From an uncultured Actinomycetes bacterium (GTDB lineage: Bacteria > Actinomycetota > Actinomycetes > Streptosporangiales > Streptosporangiaceae): a stretch of 64,000 nucleotides of DNA. The position numbers were made by a program, and so were the translations under genes. The notes beneath the pieces are model-generated. The model did no database searches. It saw only the letters and a list, made by a program, of their open reading frames with translations, and had not been told where the DNA came from. The DNA lies in contig CAVSZI010000013.1 of the NCBI GenBank assembly GCA_963732345.1, positions 32,169-96,168 of the forward strand, in the 5' to 3' direction. Shown here one piece after another: positions 35,262 through 44,758 of this stretch (positions within the stretch are counted from its first letter, which is position 1; the number at the start of each line of letters is the position of its first letter).

Positions 35262-36920
35262 ATGACGGTTACGACGTCGTATCCCGGGGTCTATATTCAG
35301 GAGCTCCCGAGCCTCGTCCATACGATCACGCCCGCGCCGACGTCTATCGCCGTATTCGTCGGCTACACCCACCCATTCCTCACCACGAGCTTCCGGACGA
35401 ACCCCAGTGACCCGACTCCGGCGACCCAGCTGTTCAGCTTCGCCGACTACCAGAGGAATTTCGGCGGCTTCTTCTCCAGCCCGTGGCTGCCGGACTACGT
35501 CGGCCAGGCGGTCTACCAGTTCTTCCTGAACGGGGGGCCGACCTGCTACGTGGTGGGCCTGCCGGCGCAGGACTACCTCACCGGGGGGCAGCCCGTCGAG
35601 GTCGAGGCGGCGAGCGTCAACGTCCCGTTCGGCGCCGACAGCGTCACCTTCACCGCGCGGCAGCTGGTGGGGACTGCGGCGGCGGGCATCCCGATGCAGG
35701 TGACGTTCTCCAATGTGAAGAATTCCGTCGCTGACGCGCCGAGCCCGACTCCGAGCGACCCCGGCGACATGGCCGACATCGTCATCTCCTACGGGACGAC
35801 GGTCGAGACGTACCGCAGGGTCCAGCTCGCGAATCTCGCGCCTACGTCGCCTCCGCAACCGCCCTCGCCGCTCCAGAACTCGAACCTCGTCACCGTTTCG
35901 CTGCCGGGCCCGGCCCCCGTGACATACCCGGCCGCGAGCACGTACACGCTCGCGTACAAGACGCCGCCGGCCGAGGGTTGGACGGTCATCAACCCGGTCC
36001 AATTCGGGCCGGTGTTCGCGGACTACGCCTCGCTCGACAAGGTGCCCATCTTCAACCTGCTGGCGACGCCTGGGGTCACTGACATTAGCGTGACCTCGGA
36101 AGCCGTTGCGTACTGCGAGCGCAAGCGGGCCTTCTACATCATGGACACCCCGTCGCCGTCGTCGCTGACTCCGCCTCTGACGACGCCGCCACAGCCGGAT
36201 CCGACCTGGAACGTCAACAACCTTGTGGGGGACACAGCGATCCTGTCGGAGTTCCCGGTCAGCACCAACGCGGCGCTCTATTACCCGTGGCTCGTAACGG
36301 CCGACCCGGTGACGGGGGCTCCATCCACGGCCCCGCCGAGCGGGTTCGTGGCCGGGATGTACGGCCAGGAGGACAACGCGCGCGGGGTCTGGAAGTCCCC
36401 GGCCGGCATCGAGACGGCCCTCCTCGGCACGACAGGCGTCGATCCGAACGGGGTCATGAACGATCCCCAGCAAGGGGTCCTCAACGAGCACGCCCTCGAC
36501 TGCCTCAGGCAGTTCCCGGGCATCGGCACCGTGATATTCGGCGCGCGGACGACGGCCGGCGCCGACGCCAACACCGCCCAGCAGCAGTGGAAATACGTCG
36601 CGGTGCGGCGGATGGCGCTGTTCATCGAGCAGACCCTCTACGCCAACCTCACCTGGGCCGTTTTCGAGGGGAACGCCACACCGCTGTGGAACGCCCTCAC
36701 CCAGGAGGTCACGGCGTTCATGCTCGGCCTGTTCCGCCAGAACGCCTTTGCCGGGGACACGCCGAGCCAGGCGTTCCTGGTGCAGTGCGACGCGACGACG
36801 ACCACCGCGACGGACGTGGCGAACGGCAGAGTCAACATCCTGGTCGGCTTCGCCCCGCTCGTCCCGGCGGAGTTCGTCATCGTCCAGATCGCGCAGCTCG
36901 CGGGCCAGGCACAGAGCTAG
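35262..36920 (+). CDS. contractile tail sheath protein
   Basis: ATG after AGGAGGGG. N-terminus MTVTTSYPGVYIQELPS and C-terminal LRQFPGIGTVIFGARTT...KYVAVRRMALFIEQ are hallmarks of phage/CIS sheath proteins. Confidence 0.9.
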   Translation: MTVTTSYPGVYIQELPSLVHTITPAPTSIAVFVGYTHPFLTTSFRTNPSDPTPATQLFSFADYQRNFGGFFSSPWLPDYVGQAVYQFFLNGGPTCYVVGLPAQDYLTGGQPVEVEAASVNVPFGADSVTFTARQLVGTAAAGIPMQVTFSNVKNSVADAPSPTPSDPGDMADIVISYGTTVETYRRVQLANLAPTSPPQPPSPLQNSNLVTVSLPGPAPVTYPAASTYTLAYKTPPAEGWTVINPVQFGPVFADYASLDKVPIFNLLATPGVTDISVTSEAVAYCERKRAFYIMDTPSPSSLTPPLTTPPQPDPTWNVNNLVGDTAILSEFPVSTNAALYYPWLVTADPVTGAPSTAPPSGFVAGMYGQEDNARGVWKSPAGIETALLGTTGVDPNGVMNDPQQGVLNEHALDCLRQFPGIGTVIFGARTTAGADANTAQQQWKYVAVRRMALFIEQTLYANLTWAVFEGNATPLWNALTQEVTAFMLGLFRQNAFAGDTPSQAFLVQCDATTTTATDVANGRVNILVGFAPLVPAEFVIVQIAQLAGQAQS

Positions 36921-36929
36921 GGGACCATC

Positions 36930-37439
36930 ATGGGCAAGATCTTCCCTGCCAACCTGAACCGCTACGACCCGTACAAGGCGTACCGGTTCCTCGTCTACTT
37001 CGGCAAGAGCACGACACCCGTCGCCGCGGTGAGCAAGGTCGGAGCGATCAAGCGCTCGTCCGACGTGATCGATTACAGCGAGGGCGGCAACGCCATCATC
37101 CTGAAGGGGCTCGGGCGCACCAAGTACGAGCCGATCACGCTCGAGCGGGGGATCACCCAGGACACGGACTTCGCCACCTGGGCCAACTACGCCCAGGTCC
37201 TCGACCAGGGTGCCCCGAACACGTCGCTCGCGAACCTGCGCCAGGAGGTCAGCATCGTCCTGCTGGACGAGGAGGCCCTGCCGGTGCTGCGGTACCTGGT
37301 CCACCGCGCCTGGGTATCGGAGTTCCAGGCTCTCCCCGATCTCGACGCGGGCGGCAACACCATCGCGATCGAGACCATCAAGATGGAGAACGAGGGCTGG
37401 GAGCGGGATCTCACACTCGCCGAGCCGACGGAGAAGTGA
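36930..37439 (+). CDS. CIS tail tube protein (T4 gp19-like family)
   Basis: YDPYKAYRFLVYFGKSTTPVAAVSKVGAIKRSSDVIDYSEGG...YEPITLERGIT...IAIETIKMENEGWERD fits the conserved phage-tail-region tube family. Confidence 0.85.
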   Translation: MGKIFPANLNRYDPYKAYRFLVYFGKSTTPVAAVSKVGAIKRSSDVIDYSEGGNAIILKGLGRTKYEPITLERGITQDTDFATWANYAQVLDQGAPNTSLANLRQEVSIVLLDEEALPVLRYLVHRAWVSEFQALPDLDAGGNTIAIETIKMENEGWERDLTLAEPTEK

Positions 37440-37442
37440 CCC

Positions 37443-38210
37443 TTGCTGCCCGTCAGTGGCATGGCGCTGGCCGTGCGCGAGCCAACCGGTGAGGACGAGC
37501 TCTTCGTGGTCGAGACCGCGGCGGCACCGCTGCCGGCGGTGCTCGGCCTGGCGCGTCGCGTCGCCAGTACCGCCACAGACGGCCCGCTCGACTGGAGCAG
37601 CCTCCCCGCGGCCGATCTCGACGCCGCCGCACTCGTGATCCGGCAATCCTGGATCGGCGACGCGATCCGCACGGACGCCAGATGCGCCGGGCCGGACTGC
37701 CAGGAACGGATCGACGTGAGCTTCGGCATCGGGGACTACATCTCCCACCATCGGCCGCGACAGCCACGCGGTGTCACCGATGCGCCCGGCGCGGGCTGGT
37801 TCTCACTGGCCGGGGTGGCCGTCCGCTTCCGGATCCCGACCGTCGCCGATCTCCTCGCGGCGGTGTCCGGTGACCGGCCGACGGAGATACTCTCCGGCCG
37901 GTGCGTCGACGCTGCCGAGATATCGTCGGCGCTCGCCCGGCGCCTGGACCGCGCGCTCTCCGCCCTCGCGCCGAGCCTCCACGACCTCCTCGGCGGGAAC
38001 TGTCCCGCCTGCGGGCACGAGGTGACGATGCGTTTCGACCCGCTCGCCTACACGCTCGCCGAGCTGCGCAACGCCTTCTCCGGCATCCACCGGGAGACGC
38101 ACGCGCTCGCCGCCGCCTACGGATGGCCGGAAGAAGTGATCCTCGCGCTCCCCCGGGCACGGCGCCAGCGGTACGCGGCGATGATCGCCGACGAGCGGCC
38201 GGCCGCATGA
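37443..38210 (+). CDS. CIS-associated hypothetical protein with putative zinc ribbon
   Basis: TTG lies 3 nt after the tube stop (alt ATG 37461). Cys pairs CAGPDC and CPACGH. It sits between the tube and tape-measure-position genes. No family name recalled. Confidence 0.5.
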   Translation: MLPVSGMALAVREPTGEDELFVVETAAAPLPAVLGLARRVASTATDGPLDWSSLPAADLDAAALVIRQSWIGDAIRTDARCAGPDCQERIDVSFGIGDYISHHRPRQPRGVTDAPGAGWFSLAGVAVRFRIPTVADLLAAVSGDRPTEILSGRCVDAAEISSALARRLDRALSALAPSLHDLLGGNCPACGHEVTMRFDPLAYTLAELRNAFSGIHRETHALAAAYGWPEEVILALPRARRQRYAAMIADERPAA

Positions 38211-39904
38211 GGGCCCGGATCCCGTACCTGGCCCGGCTGGCCCGGCAGGCCGGAGGAACGGCCACGCTGCTGCCGCCTCGCCTGCCCTTCGCCGGCGATA
38301 CCGACACGGCGGTGCTCTCGCCGGGCCGCGACGACTCCCCGCGGCGACGCGCCGGGGGGGCCGACGAAGGACGCCTCCCCCGCGCCCTCCCGCCCTCGGA
38401 TGCGGCTGAAGAGTCGCCGGCGCAGCCGGGGGCCGCCTTCCCGCGCGGCGCCGGCGCACATGGGGCCGGCGCACATGGGGCCGGCGCACATGAGCTCGGC
38501 GCACATGAGCTCGGCGCACATGAGCTCGGCGCACATGAGCTCGGCGCACATGAGCTCGGCGCACATGAGCTCGGCGCACATGAGCTCGGCGCACATGAGC
38601 GCAGCGCACATGGGCCCGATACTCCCGGTGCCCCCGGTGCCCCCGGTACTCCTGGTGCCCCCGGCGGCTCCGCCGCACTGACACCCGGTACAGGCGTCCC
38701 AGCGCTCCCCGTCCCCGCCGCCGCCGCCGGACCGGCACCCCGCCCGGGCGTCCCAGCGCTCCCCGTCCCCGCCGCCGCCGCCGGACCGGCACCCCGCCCG
38801 GGCGTCCCAGCGCTCCCCATCCCCGCCGCCGCCGGACCGGCACCCCGCCCGGGCGTCCCAGCGCTCCCCGTCCCCGCCGCCGCCGCCGGACCGGCACCCC
38901 GCCCGGGCGTCCCTGCGCTCCCCGTCCCCGCCGCCGCCGCCGGACCGGCACCCCGCCCGGGCGTCCCTGCGCTCCCCGTCCCCGCCGCCGCCGCCGGACC
39001 GGCACCCCGCGCAAGCTTTCCGGCGCCGCCCGCCCCCGCCGCCGCGCGGGCCATGACCGCGGGTGTCCCGGCGACGCCCGGTGGCCTGAGCGTGCCCGGA
39101 CCGCCGGATGCCGGGTCCCGCTCGTCGCCCGCCGCCCGCGCCGGGTCCCCCCGGGCCGCGGGTCCTGTCTCAGTGACTCCGGTGCGCGCGGACCCAGCCG
39201 CGCCACCGGTGACGCCGCCCTCCAGCAGCTCGCGACCTGCGGGCGACGCCGCGCGGGCACAGCCGCCGGGATCATGGACAAGCACGTTGCGGGGAACGCC
39301 CGTCGGTCTGCCCCAGGCGACCGAGTTGCTGCCGGTGACCGGCGAGACCGACCGCCGGGCCGGGGCCGCATCACGGCCCGGGGCCGCCGCCCCGGTCCCC
39401 GGCCCAGGACCGGCCGCCACCGCCGGCCCGCCCCATGGCCCGTCCCGGACCGAGACCGGCCTCCCGGCGACACCGCCCCCCGGGCCAGCCGCCACCGCCA
39501 GCTCACATCAGGGCCCGCGCAAGACCGAGGCGGCCATCACGGCGACGCCGGGCGGCCGGAACGCCGCCAATCAGGAGCGCTCCGGCGAGCCGATGGTGGT
39601 CCGCGATCTCCAGCCGCCTCCCGCCCCGGCTCCCCGTCCGATCGCGATGCCCGGCCCAGAGCCGGGCGAGCCGCACCAGAAGCCGCGCGCTTCCGGGCCG
39701 CCCCGCGTATCGATCGGCACGATCGAGGTCACCGTCCTCCCGCCGGCTCCGCCGGTTCCGCCTGCTCCCCCGGCTCCCGGGATCCGGCCTCCGGCGCAGG
39801 CGGCGCGCCGCTGGACGCGCCCTCCGTCCCTGTTCGCCGCGACTGCGGGTGCCGGCCGGCGGCGGGACGGGCTCCGCCGCTGGTACGGGACCGCGCAGGG
39901 CTGA
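38207..39904 (+). CDS. Pro/Ala-rich repeat protein in the tail-length (tape-measure) position
   Basis: ATGA overlap with the upstream gene. 565 aa, dominated by Pro/Ala/Gly. The N-terminus ([14 protein letters not shown]) and C-terminus ([13 protein letters not shown]...[11 protein letters not shown]) are non-repetitive. It occupies the slot between the tube and cap genes where Afp14/Pvc14-type proteins sit. The assignment is positional only. Confidence 0.45.
   Translation: MRARIPYLARLARQAGGTATLLPPRLPFAGDTDTAVLSPGRDDSPRRRAGGADEGRLPRALPPSDAAEESPAQPGAAFPRGAGAHGAGAHGAGAHELGAHELGAHELGAHELGAHELGAHELGAHELGAHERSAHGPDTPGAPGAPGTPGAPGGSAALTPGTGVPALPVPAAAAGPAPRPGVPALPVPAAAAGPAPRPGVPALPIPAAAGPAPRPGVPALPVPAAAAGPAPRPGVPALPVPAAAAGPAPRPGVPALPVPAAAAGPAPRASFPAPPAPAAARAMTAGVPATPGGLSVPGPPDAGSRSSPAARAGSPRAAGPVSVTPVRADPAAPPVTPPSSSSRPAGDAARAQPPGSWTSTLRGTPVGLPQATELLPVTGETDRRAGAASRPGAAAPVPGPGPAATAGPPHGPSRTETGLPATPPPGPAATASSHQGPRKTEAAITATPGGRNAANQERSGEPMVVRDLQPPPAPAPRPIAMPGPEPGEPHQKPRASGPPRVSIGTIEVTVLPPAPPVPPAPPAPGIRPPAQAARRWTRPPSLFAATAGAGRRRDGLRRWYGTAQG
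38453..38617 (+). repeat. 11 x 15-bp in-frame tandem repeat ([10 protein letters not shown] units)
   Basis: ggcgcacatgagctc is repeated head-to-tail (7 identical GAHEL units from 38483, flanked by variant units). Confidence 0.9.
38693..39010 (+). repeat. 6 x 54-bp in-frame tandem repeat ([18 protein letters not shown])
   Basis: Units start at 38693, 38747, 38801 (51 bp), 38852, 38906 and 38960, and are nearly identical at nucleotide level. Confidence 0.9.
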
Positions 39905-39916
39905 CGGCGGCACGCG

Positions 39917-41212
39917 ATGACGCTCGACCTGTCGGCAGTGACCGACTCCCTGATCGGGCTGGTGAAGAGCCAGTGGACGACGGCGCCGATCTGGACCGAG
40001 GTCGGCGGGAGCCCGGCGGGCCCCACGTTCACGCCGAATTTCACGGGGCTGGCGCCGGACGCGGTGCGCCAGGAGCCAGGTCCGCAGCTGAGCATGTACC
40101 TCTACCACGTCGAGTCGGACAACGCCCGGGAGGCTCTGTTCTGGCAGCCGCAGATGGCCGGCGCCGCAACGGGCGAGCCGACGCGGTTCCTGCCGCTGGC
40201 GCTCGACCTGTACTACCTCCTGTCCGCGTATTCGGAGACGAGCTACACCGAGGAGCAGGAGGCGATGAGCGTGGCCCTGCGCATCTACCACGCCAGCCCG
40301 ATCGTGCGCAGCGATCCGGGGGCCGCCGCGCCCTGGGAGCTGACCCTCACCGTGGAGCACCGCTCGTACGACGAGCTGAGCCGGCTGTGGCAGGCGACCA
40401 CGACACCGCTGCGGATGTCCCTGGTGTACCGCGCCGCGGTCGTGTTCATCGACCCCGATCCGATGCCAGCGCCCGCGCCGGAGACCACGTCGTTCTCCGT
40501 GGACGCCAACCCCGTCCGGCCGCCAATCCCCGCGCCCGGCATTGGCGATTTTCCCGTCACCTTCGGTACGTTCCGCGAAGGCTCCTACGTGGGACCGACG
40601 GGTCAGGCGGTCCCGTTCGCGCAGTCGCCGGCGACCGTGGCGGCGGGCCAGACCGTCTGGCTCACGGGGTCGGATCTCGGCGCCCACGGCGTCTCGGACA
40701 GCGTGTACCTGCTCTCGCCAGCCGGCGGCGCCGAGGTAGACGTGACGGCGTGGGCGGTCGCCGCCGACTCGAGCGCTGCCAAGTTCGTGCTCCAGCTCCC
40801 GCAGGCCGCCGGAACGGCACCGGCCGGCGCCCCGGGCCCGGGCGTCTACCAGCTCCGCGCCGGAAGCGGCGCGCCGGGCTCGCCCGGCGCCACGCGGACC
40901 GGCTCGGTCCCCGTCAGCGTCGCCGCGTTGGTGGACCCCGCGGGAGGCCCGGTGCTGACTGGATCGGCCCCGTTCACGGTGCACGGAACGGGCTTCGTCC
41001 CGGGTACGACGGAGGTCCTCGTGGGCGCGGTGGCCCTGACCGATACGTCCGCGTCTGCCCCCGCGTCCCCGGGGCCGGGCGAGGTCAGCGTCGACGCGTC
41101 GGGCACGTCCTTCTCGTTCTCGCCGCCCGCCGGGGCCGCCGGTACGGTCGCGCCGGTGCGGGTCCGGGTGAACGGCATCGACTCGGACCCGGCCCTGTGG
41201 GTGACGCTGTGA
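39917..41212 (+). CDS. DUF4255 (Pvc16/Afp16-like) tail terminator/cap protein with C-terminal Ig-like extension
   Basis: MTLDLSAVTDSLIGLVKSQW...PQLSMYLYHVESDNA is the DUF4255 signature. The C-terminal half (VYQLRAG..., FTVHGTGFVPGTTEVLVG, VRVRVNGIDS) looks like IPT/TIG-type beta domains. Confidence 0.8.
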   Translation: MTLDLSAVTDSLIGLVKSQWTTAPIWTEVGGSPAGPTFTPNFTGLAPDAVRQEPGPQLSMYLYHVESDNAREALFWQPQMAGAATGEPTRFLPLALDLYYLLSAYSETSYTEEQEAMSVALRIYHASPIVRSDPGAAAPWELTLTVEHRSYDELSRLWQATTTPLRMSLVYRAAVVFIDPDPMPAPAPETTSFSVDANPVRPPIPAPGIGDFPVTFGTFREGSYVGPTGQAVPFAQSPATVAAGQTVWLTGSDLGAHGVSDSVYLLSPAGGAEVDVTAWAVAADSSAAKFVLQLPQAAGTAPAGAPGPGVYQLRAGSGAPGSPGATRTGSVPVSVAALVDPAGGPVLTGSAPFTVHGTGFVPGTTEVLVGAVALTDTSASAPASPGPGEVSVDASGTSFSFSPPAGAAGTVAPVRVRVNGIDSDPALWVTL

Positions 41213-43416
41213 ACCCGGCTCTGGCGGTGAACTCAGCTGACGCGGTGAACTCGGCTCCGGCTCTGAACTCGGCTCCGGCTACGCCGCGGCTGGCCGGGCT
41301 GGGCGAACCCGGCGAGCGCGGTGCCCCGCCCGGCAGCGCGGCGGAGCCGCGATGGTTCACCGAGGTCCGGCTGCGCGCCACCCGCCGGGTGCTCTGGCTG
41401 CGGCACCTGTGGTCGCAGCGCCCCTACGAGGGCGAGCACCTGCTGGCGATCAGCCACAGCGAGGTCGACCGGGCCCTGTCGGCGCGAGCCGAGGCGTCCG
41501 GGGCGGAGCAGGCCTTCTACCGGTCAGATGAGCGCGCGGCCGCCGTGTCCGCCCAGCTCGCCGCGCTCGCCGAGCGGCCCGGTGATCCCCGTCTGGAGCA
41601 CCTCGCCGGCACGCTCGGCCTCGCACCCGCGGACCGGGCCCTTTTCGTGCTCACGGCCGCGGCGGCCCTCGACCCGGCGATGGCCCGGGTGTTCGGGTTC
41701 CTGCTCGACGCCACCGAGGGCGCCGATCCGACCCCCGCGCTCGCCGCGACCCTGTTCGGGCTGACCGGTGAGCCGCCGCCGGGCCCGGATTCCGCGCTCG
41801 CGCGATGGCTGCTCGCGGAGCCGGTGATGACCGGCGGCGACGCCTTCGCCCGCTCGACCGGCTGGCGGGCCGATGCGGCGTTGCTGCGGGCGCTCGCCGG
41901 GCACGTCACGGCGGGCCGGAACGATGCCACCGGGCGGCGCGCCGTCCTTGCGGCGGCCGACTGGTCAGGCGGCACGATCGGCCGCATCGTCGAGCCGCCG
42001 CCCGGCCCCGTGCTGCATCCGGCGGCCCTTGAGGAGATCGTCGGCTTCGTGCAGGTGCTCGGCCGGGGCGGCGAAGCCGGGCTGCCCATCGAGATCGAGC
42101 TCGCCGGCGCGGCCGGGTCCGGCCGGACGGCCCTTGCCGCGCAGGCTGCGGCCCGGCTCGGATGCCAGCTCGTGGCCGTGGACGCGGCGGCGGTCGCGAG
42201 CCGCGCGGACGGCCTGGCCGCCGCGACCCGGGAGGCCCGCCGCGCGCGTCTGGACGGCTCGGTCCTCGCGTGGGAGCGCGCCGAGGCCCTGCCGGCGGAG
42301 CTGTGGAAAGCCATCCCGGCGGCGCCGCTGACGTTCCTGTCGGTCGAAAGCCCCGCGGCCGGGACGGCCGGCGCCGCCGGCCACCGCTCGATCCGGCGCT
42401 CGATCACCTGCGGGCCGATCCCCCGGCGCGAACGTCTGGCGCTATGGTCGTCGCTCGCCGCCACGCCGGCTCCCACGGCGGTCGCCGAGTGGGCGCTGCG
42501 GCCCGCCGAGATCTGCGTCGCCGCACATGTCGCGCACGCCGGCGACCACGAGGTTGATGAGGTCTGCCGGCGGCTCCTGATGGCGGGCGCCCCGGAGCTG
42601 CTGAGCCCCCTGCCGGTTCCGTTCGGCTGGGATGATCTCGTGCTCTCGCCGGTCACGGCCGCGCACCTGCGCGAGCTTGAGGCACAGGCCGCCGATCGCG
42701 GCCAGGTGCTCGACGACTGGGGTTTCTCCCGGCTCACCCCGCTCGGCCGCGGCACGACCGCGCTGTTCGCGGGCCCGAGCGGCACCGGCAAGACGATGGC
42801 CGCGCAGGTCCTCGCGCGCTCGCTCGGGCTCGCCCTCTACCGCGTCGACCTCGCCGGAGTCATGAGCAAGTACATCGGGGAGACCGAAAAGCATCTGCGC
42901 GAACTGTTCGAGGCGTGCGAGCGGGCACCCGTGCTGCTGCTGTTCGACGAGGCGGACGCCCTGTTCGGCAAGCGGACGCAGGTGAGCGACGCACACGACC
43001 GGTACGCGAACATCGAGATCGACTACGTGCTCCAGCGGATGGAGCAGTTCGACGGCGTCGCCGTCCTCGCGACAAACCGCAAGGGGGACCTCGACACCGC
43101 ATTCGTCCGGCGCCTCCGCTTCATCATCGACTTCGCGCCGCCGAGCGCCAGCGAGCGCGAGCACTTGTGGCGGCTCGCCCTGGAGGGCGCAAGCGACGCA
43201 GCGGGAAGACCGCTCACCGCCGAACTCGACTGGGCCGGCCTCGGACGTGAGCTCGACCTGACGGGCGCGGGCATCAAGTCGGCCGCGGTGGCCGCGGCGT
43301 TCCTCGCGCGCAGCGAGGGCCAGCCGATCGCGGAGCGCCACGTGCTGGCGGCCGCGCGGCGCGAACTGGAGAAGCAGGGCGTCGTCGTCCGGCCCGGCCA
43401 GATGGGGCTGCGGTGA
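41209..43416 (+). CDS. CIS-associated AAA+ ATPase (Afp15/Pvc15-like)
   Basis: GTG 41209 overlaps the TGA of the cap gene (GTGA). Walker A is LFAGPSGTGKTMAA and Walker B is VLLLFDEADALFGKR, followed by ATNRKGDLDTAFVRRL. The 1380-aa track ORF 39274..43416 is this gene plus an out-of-context upstream extension. Confidence 0.9.
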   Translation: MNPALAVNSADAVNSAPALNSAPATPRLAGLGEPGERGAPPGSAAEPRWFTEVRLRATRRVLWLRHLWSQRPYEGEHLLAISHSEVDRALSARAEASGAEQAFYRSDERAAAVSAQLAALAERPGDPRLEHLAGTLGLAPADRALFVLTAAAALDPAMARVFGFLLDATEGADPTPALAATLFGLTGEPPPGPDSALARWLLAEPVMTGGDAFARSTGWRADAALLRALAGHVTAGRNDATGRRAVLAAADWSGGTIGRIVEPPPGPVLHPAALEEIVGFVQVLGRGGEAGLPIEIELAGAAGSGRTALAAQAAARLGCQLVAVDAAAVASRADGLAAATREARRARLDGSVLAWERAEALPAELWKAIPAAPLTFLSVESPAAGTAGAAGHRSIRRSITCGPIPRRERLALWSSLAATPAPTAVAEWALRPAEICVAAHVAHAGDHEVDEVCRRLLMAGAPELLSPLPVPFGWDDLVLSPVTAAHLRELEAQAADRGQVLDDWGFSRLTPLGRGTTALFAGPSGTGKTMAAQVLARSLGLALYRVDLAGVMSKYIGETEKHLRELFEACERAPVLLLFDEADALFGKRTQVSDAHDRYANIEIDYVLQRMEQFDGVAVLATNRKGDLDTAFVRRLRFIIDFAPPSASEREHLWRLALEGASDAAGRPLTAELDWAGLGRELDLTGAGIKSAAVAAAFLARSEGQPIAERHVLAAARRELEKQGVVVRPGQMGLR

Positions 43417-43715
43417 GCCCGGCCGCCGGCGCGCAGGCCGGTGACGTCCACATCGACCGGCTGGCGCTGCGCGTGGCGGGCCTCGACGAGGACGCGGCGC
43501 GCGCGCTCGCCCGCCTCGTCGCCGAGGGCCTCGCGCCCGGCGTACTGCGGCCGGCCGGGCTGGCCGGCCTTGACGGCCTGCAGGTTGAGGTGAAAGCCAG
43601 TGCCGCCGACCAGGGCCGGCTGGACCTGCTGGCGCGGCGCATCGTCGACGAAATCGGCCGGGTGCTGGCGCGCGACCGGGTGTCGGGCGGCCCGGACGGG
43701 GAGGCGGTCCCGTGA
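43413..43715 (+). CDS. small CIS-associated hypothetical protein (100 aa)
   Basis: GTGA overlap with the ATPase gene. VHIDRLALRVAGLDEDAARALARLVAEGL. No family recognised. Confidence 0.5.
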   Translation: MSPAAGAQAGDVHIDRLALRVAGLDEDAARALARLVAEGLAPGVLRPAGLAGLDGLQVEVKASAADQGRLDLLARRIVDEIGRVLARDRVSGGPDGEAVP

Positions 43716-43748
43716 GCGACCCGGACGGGGAGGCGGTCCCGTGAGCGG
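43691..43748. repeat. 29-bp perfect-but-one tandem duplication across a gene junction
   Basis: cccggacggggaggcggtcccgtgagcga / cccggacggggaggcggtcccgtgagcgg. Each copy contains GGGGAGG plus GTGA. Copy 1 supplies the stop of 43413..43715, and copy 2 supplies the GTG of 43741..44463. Confidence 0.9.
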
Positions 43749-44463
43749 CCTGGTCGTGAAGGGCGCGCTCATCGAGTACATGCCGACGAACCTGGCGAAC
43801 CCCGCGCGGAACGCCATCGTCTTCCAGTACAACCCCGAGACGATCACGCACACCTGGACCCAGCCGGAGCCGGCCCCCACCGCCGGGACCGAGCAGAGCA
43901 ATCCGCTCGCCGTGAAGGGCGTGCCCGGCGAGACGTTCTCGTTCACCATCGCGATGGACGCGAACGACGTGATCGCCGACGGCAGCGCGACGACGGCGGC
44001 GGCGCTCGCCGAGCAGAGCGGGATCTACAGCCGGCTCGCTGCGCTGGAAATGCTGCTGTACCCCACCGGCGGGGTCCAGCCCGTGCTGACCGGTGCGGTG
44101 TCGGCGTCCATCTCGTCCGGCCTCACCGGCCAGACGCCCGGCACGACGCGCGCCGTCCCGCAGTCCGTCATGCCGGTCACGATCTTCAGCTGGGGATCCG
44201 GGCGCATCGTACCCGTCCGCGTGACGGGGCTCACGATCACCGAGAAGCTCTACGACGCCGCGCTCAACCCCACTCACGCCGAGGCCCAGCTCTCGCTCCG
44301 GGTGCTCACCCCCGCCGAGCTTATCGCCGCCAGCACGGACAACGACGTGCTCGGCAACCTCGCCTCGGCCGCCTACAACTACACGCTCTCGCGCCGCCAG
44401 GAACTCGCAGGCGCCAACCTCGCGAACGGGGCGGAGTCCAACATCGGGACGATCCCGCAGTGA
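43741..44463 (+). CDS. tube-initiator / baseplate-adaptor-like protein
   Basis: GTG after GGGGAGG. AIVFQYNPETITHTWTQ and SWGSGRIVPVRVTGLTITEKLYD resemble the tube-like domain of CIS tube-initiator proteins, which are usually encoded next to a LysM protein. Confidence 0.6.
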   Translation: MSGLVVKGALIEYMPTNLANPARNAIVFQYNPETITHTWTQPEPAPTAGTEQSNPLAVKGVPGETFSFTIAMDANDVIADGSATTAAALAEQSGIYSRLAALEMLLYPTGGVQPVLTGAVSASISSGLTGQTPGTTRAVPQSVMPVTIFSWGSGRIVPVRVTGLTITEKLYDAALNPTHAEAQLSLRVLTPAELIAASTDNDVLGNLASAAYNYTLSRRQELAGANLANGAESNIGTIPQ

Positions 44464-44479
44464 GAGCCGGAGGAACGTC

Positions 44480-44758
44480 ATGTTCGCAGCCGACAGCCGC
44501 TACCTGAACCAGCCGACCTACATCGTCGCGCTGCCCGACGGTACCCAGGTCACGGCCGTGGTCCCGGCGCCGCCGAATCCGGTGCCGCTGGTGGGCTACT
44601 ACCAGCGTGCCGGTGAGGGACGGCTCGACCTCGTCGCGGCGCAGTACCTCAACACGCCGACCGGATTCTGGCGGCTCTGCGATGCGAACAACTCCATGGT
44701 CGCGGGCGCTCTGGCCGCCCGCGCGCTCATCGGCATCCCGGCTGGGGGCCCAGGGTGA
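44480..44758 (+). CDS. LysM-like / tail protein X-like small protein
   Basis: ATG after GGAGGA. GEGRLDLVAAQYLNTPTGFWRLCDANNSMVAGALAARALIGIP follows the LysM-type pattern (..rLD.iA..y......w.i...N.......l..g..l.IP). Confidence 0.6.
   Translation: MFAADSRYLNQPTYIVALPDGTQVTAVVPAPPNPVPLVGYYQRAGEGRLDLVAAQYLNTPTGFWRLCDANNSMVAGALAARALIGIPAGGPG

Noticed and set aside
35184-37751. 855-aa minus-strand ORF covering the sheath and tube genes
   Set aside because: It is antisense to genes with unmistakable sheath and tube motifs. Its product is Arg/Gly/Asp-rich low-complexity, as expected for a stop-free shadow frame in very high-GC DNA.
38453-39010. Possible CRISPR array (regular short repeats), also considered for 57511-57826
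   Set aside because: The units are contiguous with no unique spacers, have periods of 15, 54 and 18 bp (all multiples of three), and sit in frame inside long ORFs. They are coding tandem repeats, and there are no cas genes in the window.
37774-39506. Two ~570-aa minus-strand ORFs and one 679-aa ORF (42442..44481) inside the CIS operon
   Set aside because: All are antisense to coupled plus-strand genes (AAA+ Walker motifs and similar). Their compositions are dominated by Arg/Gly/Pro from the repeat region, so they are treated as non-coding shadows.
39274-43416. 1380-aa ORF suggesting a giant ATPase
   Set aside because: The first 645 codons overlap, out of frame, the tape-measure-position and DUF4255 genes and read as Arg/Pro/Gly-rich noise. 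GTG 41209 forms the usual GTGA coupling, so only 41209..43416 is called.
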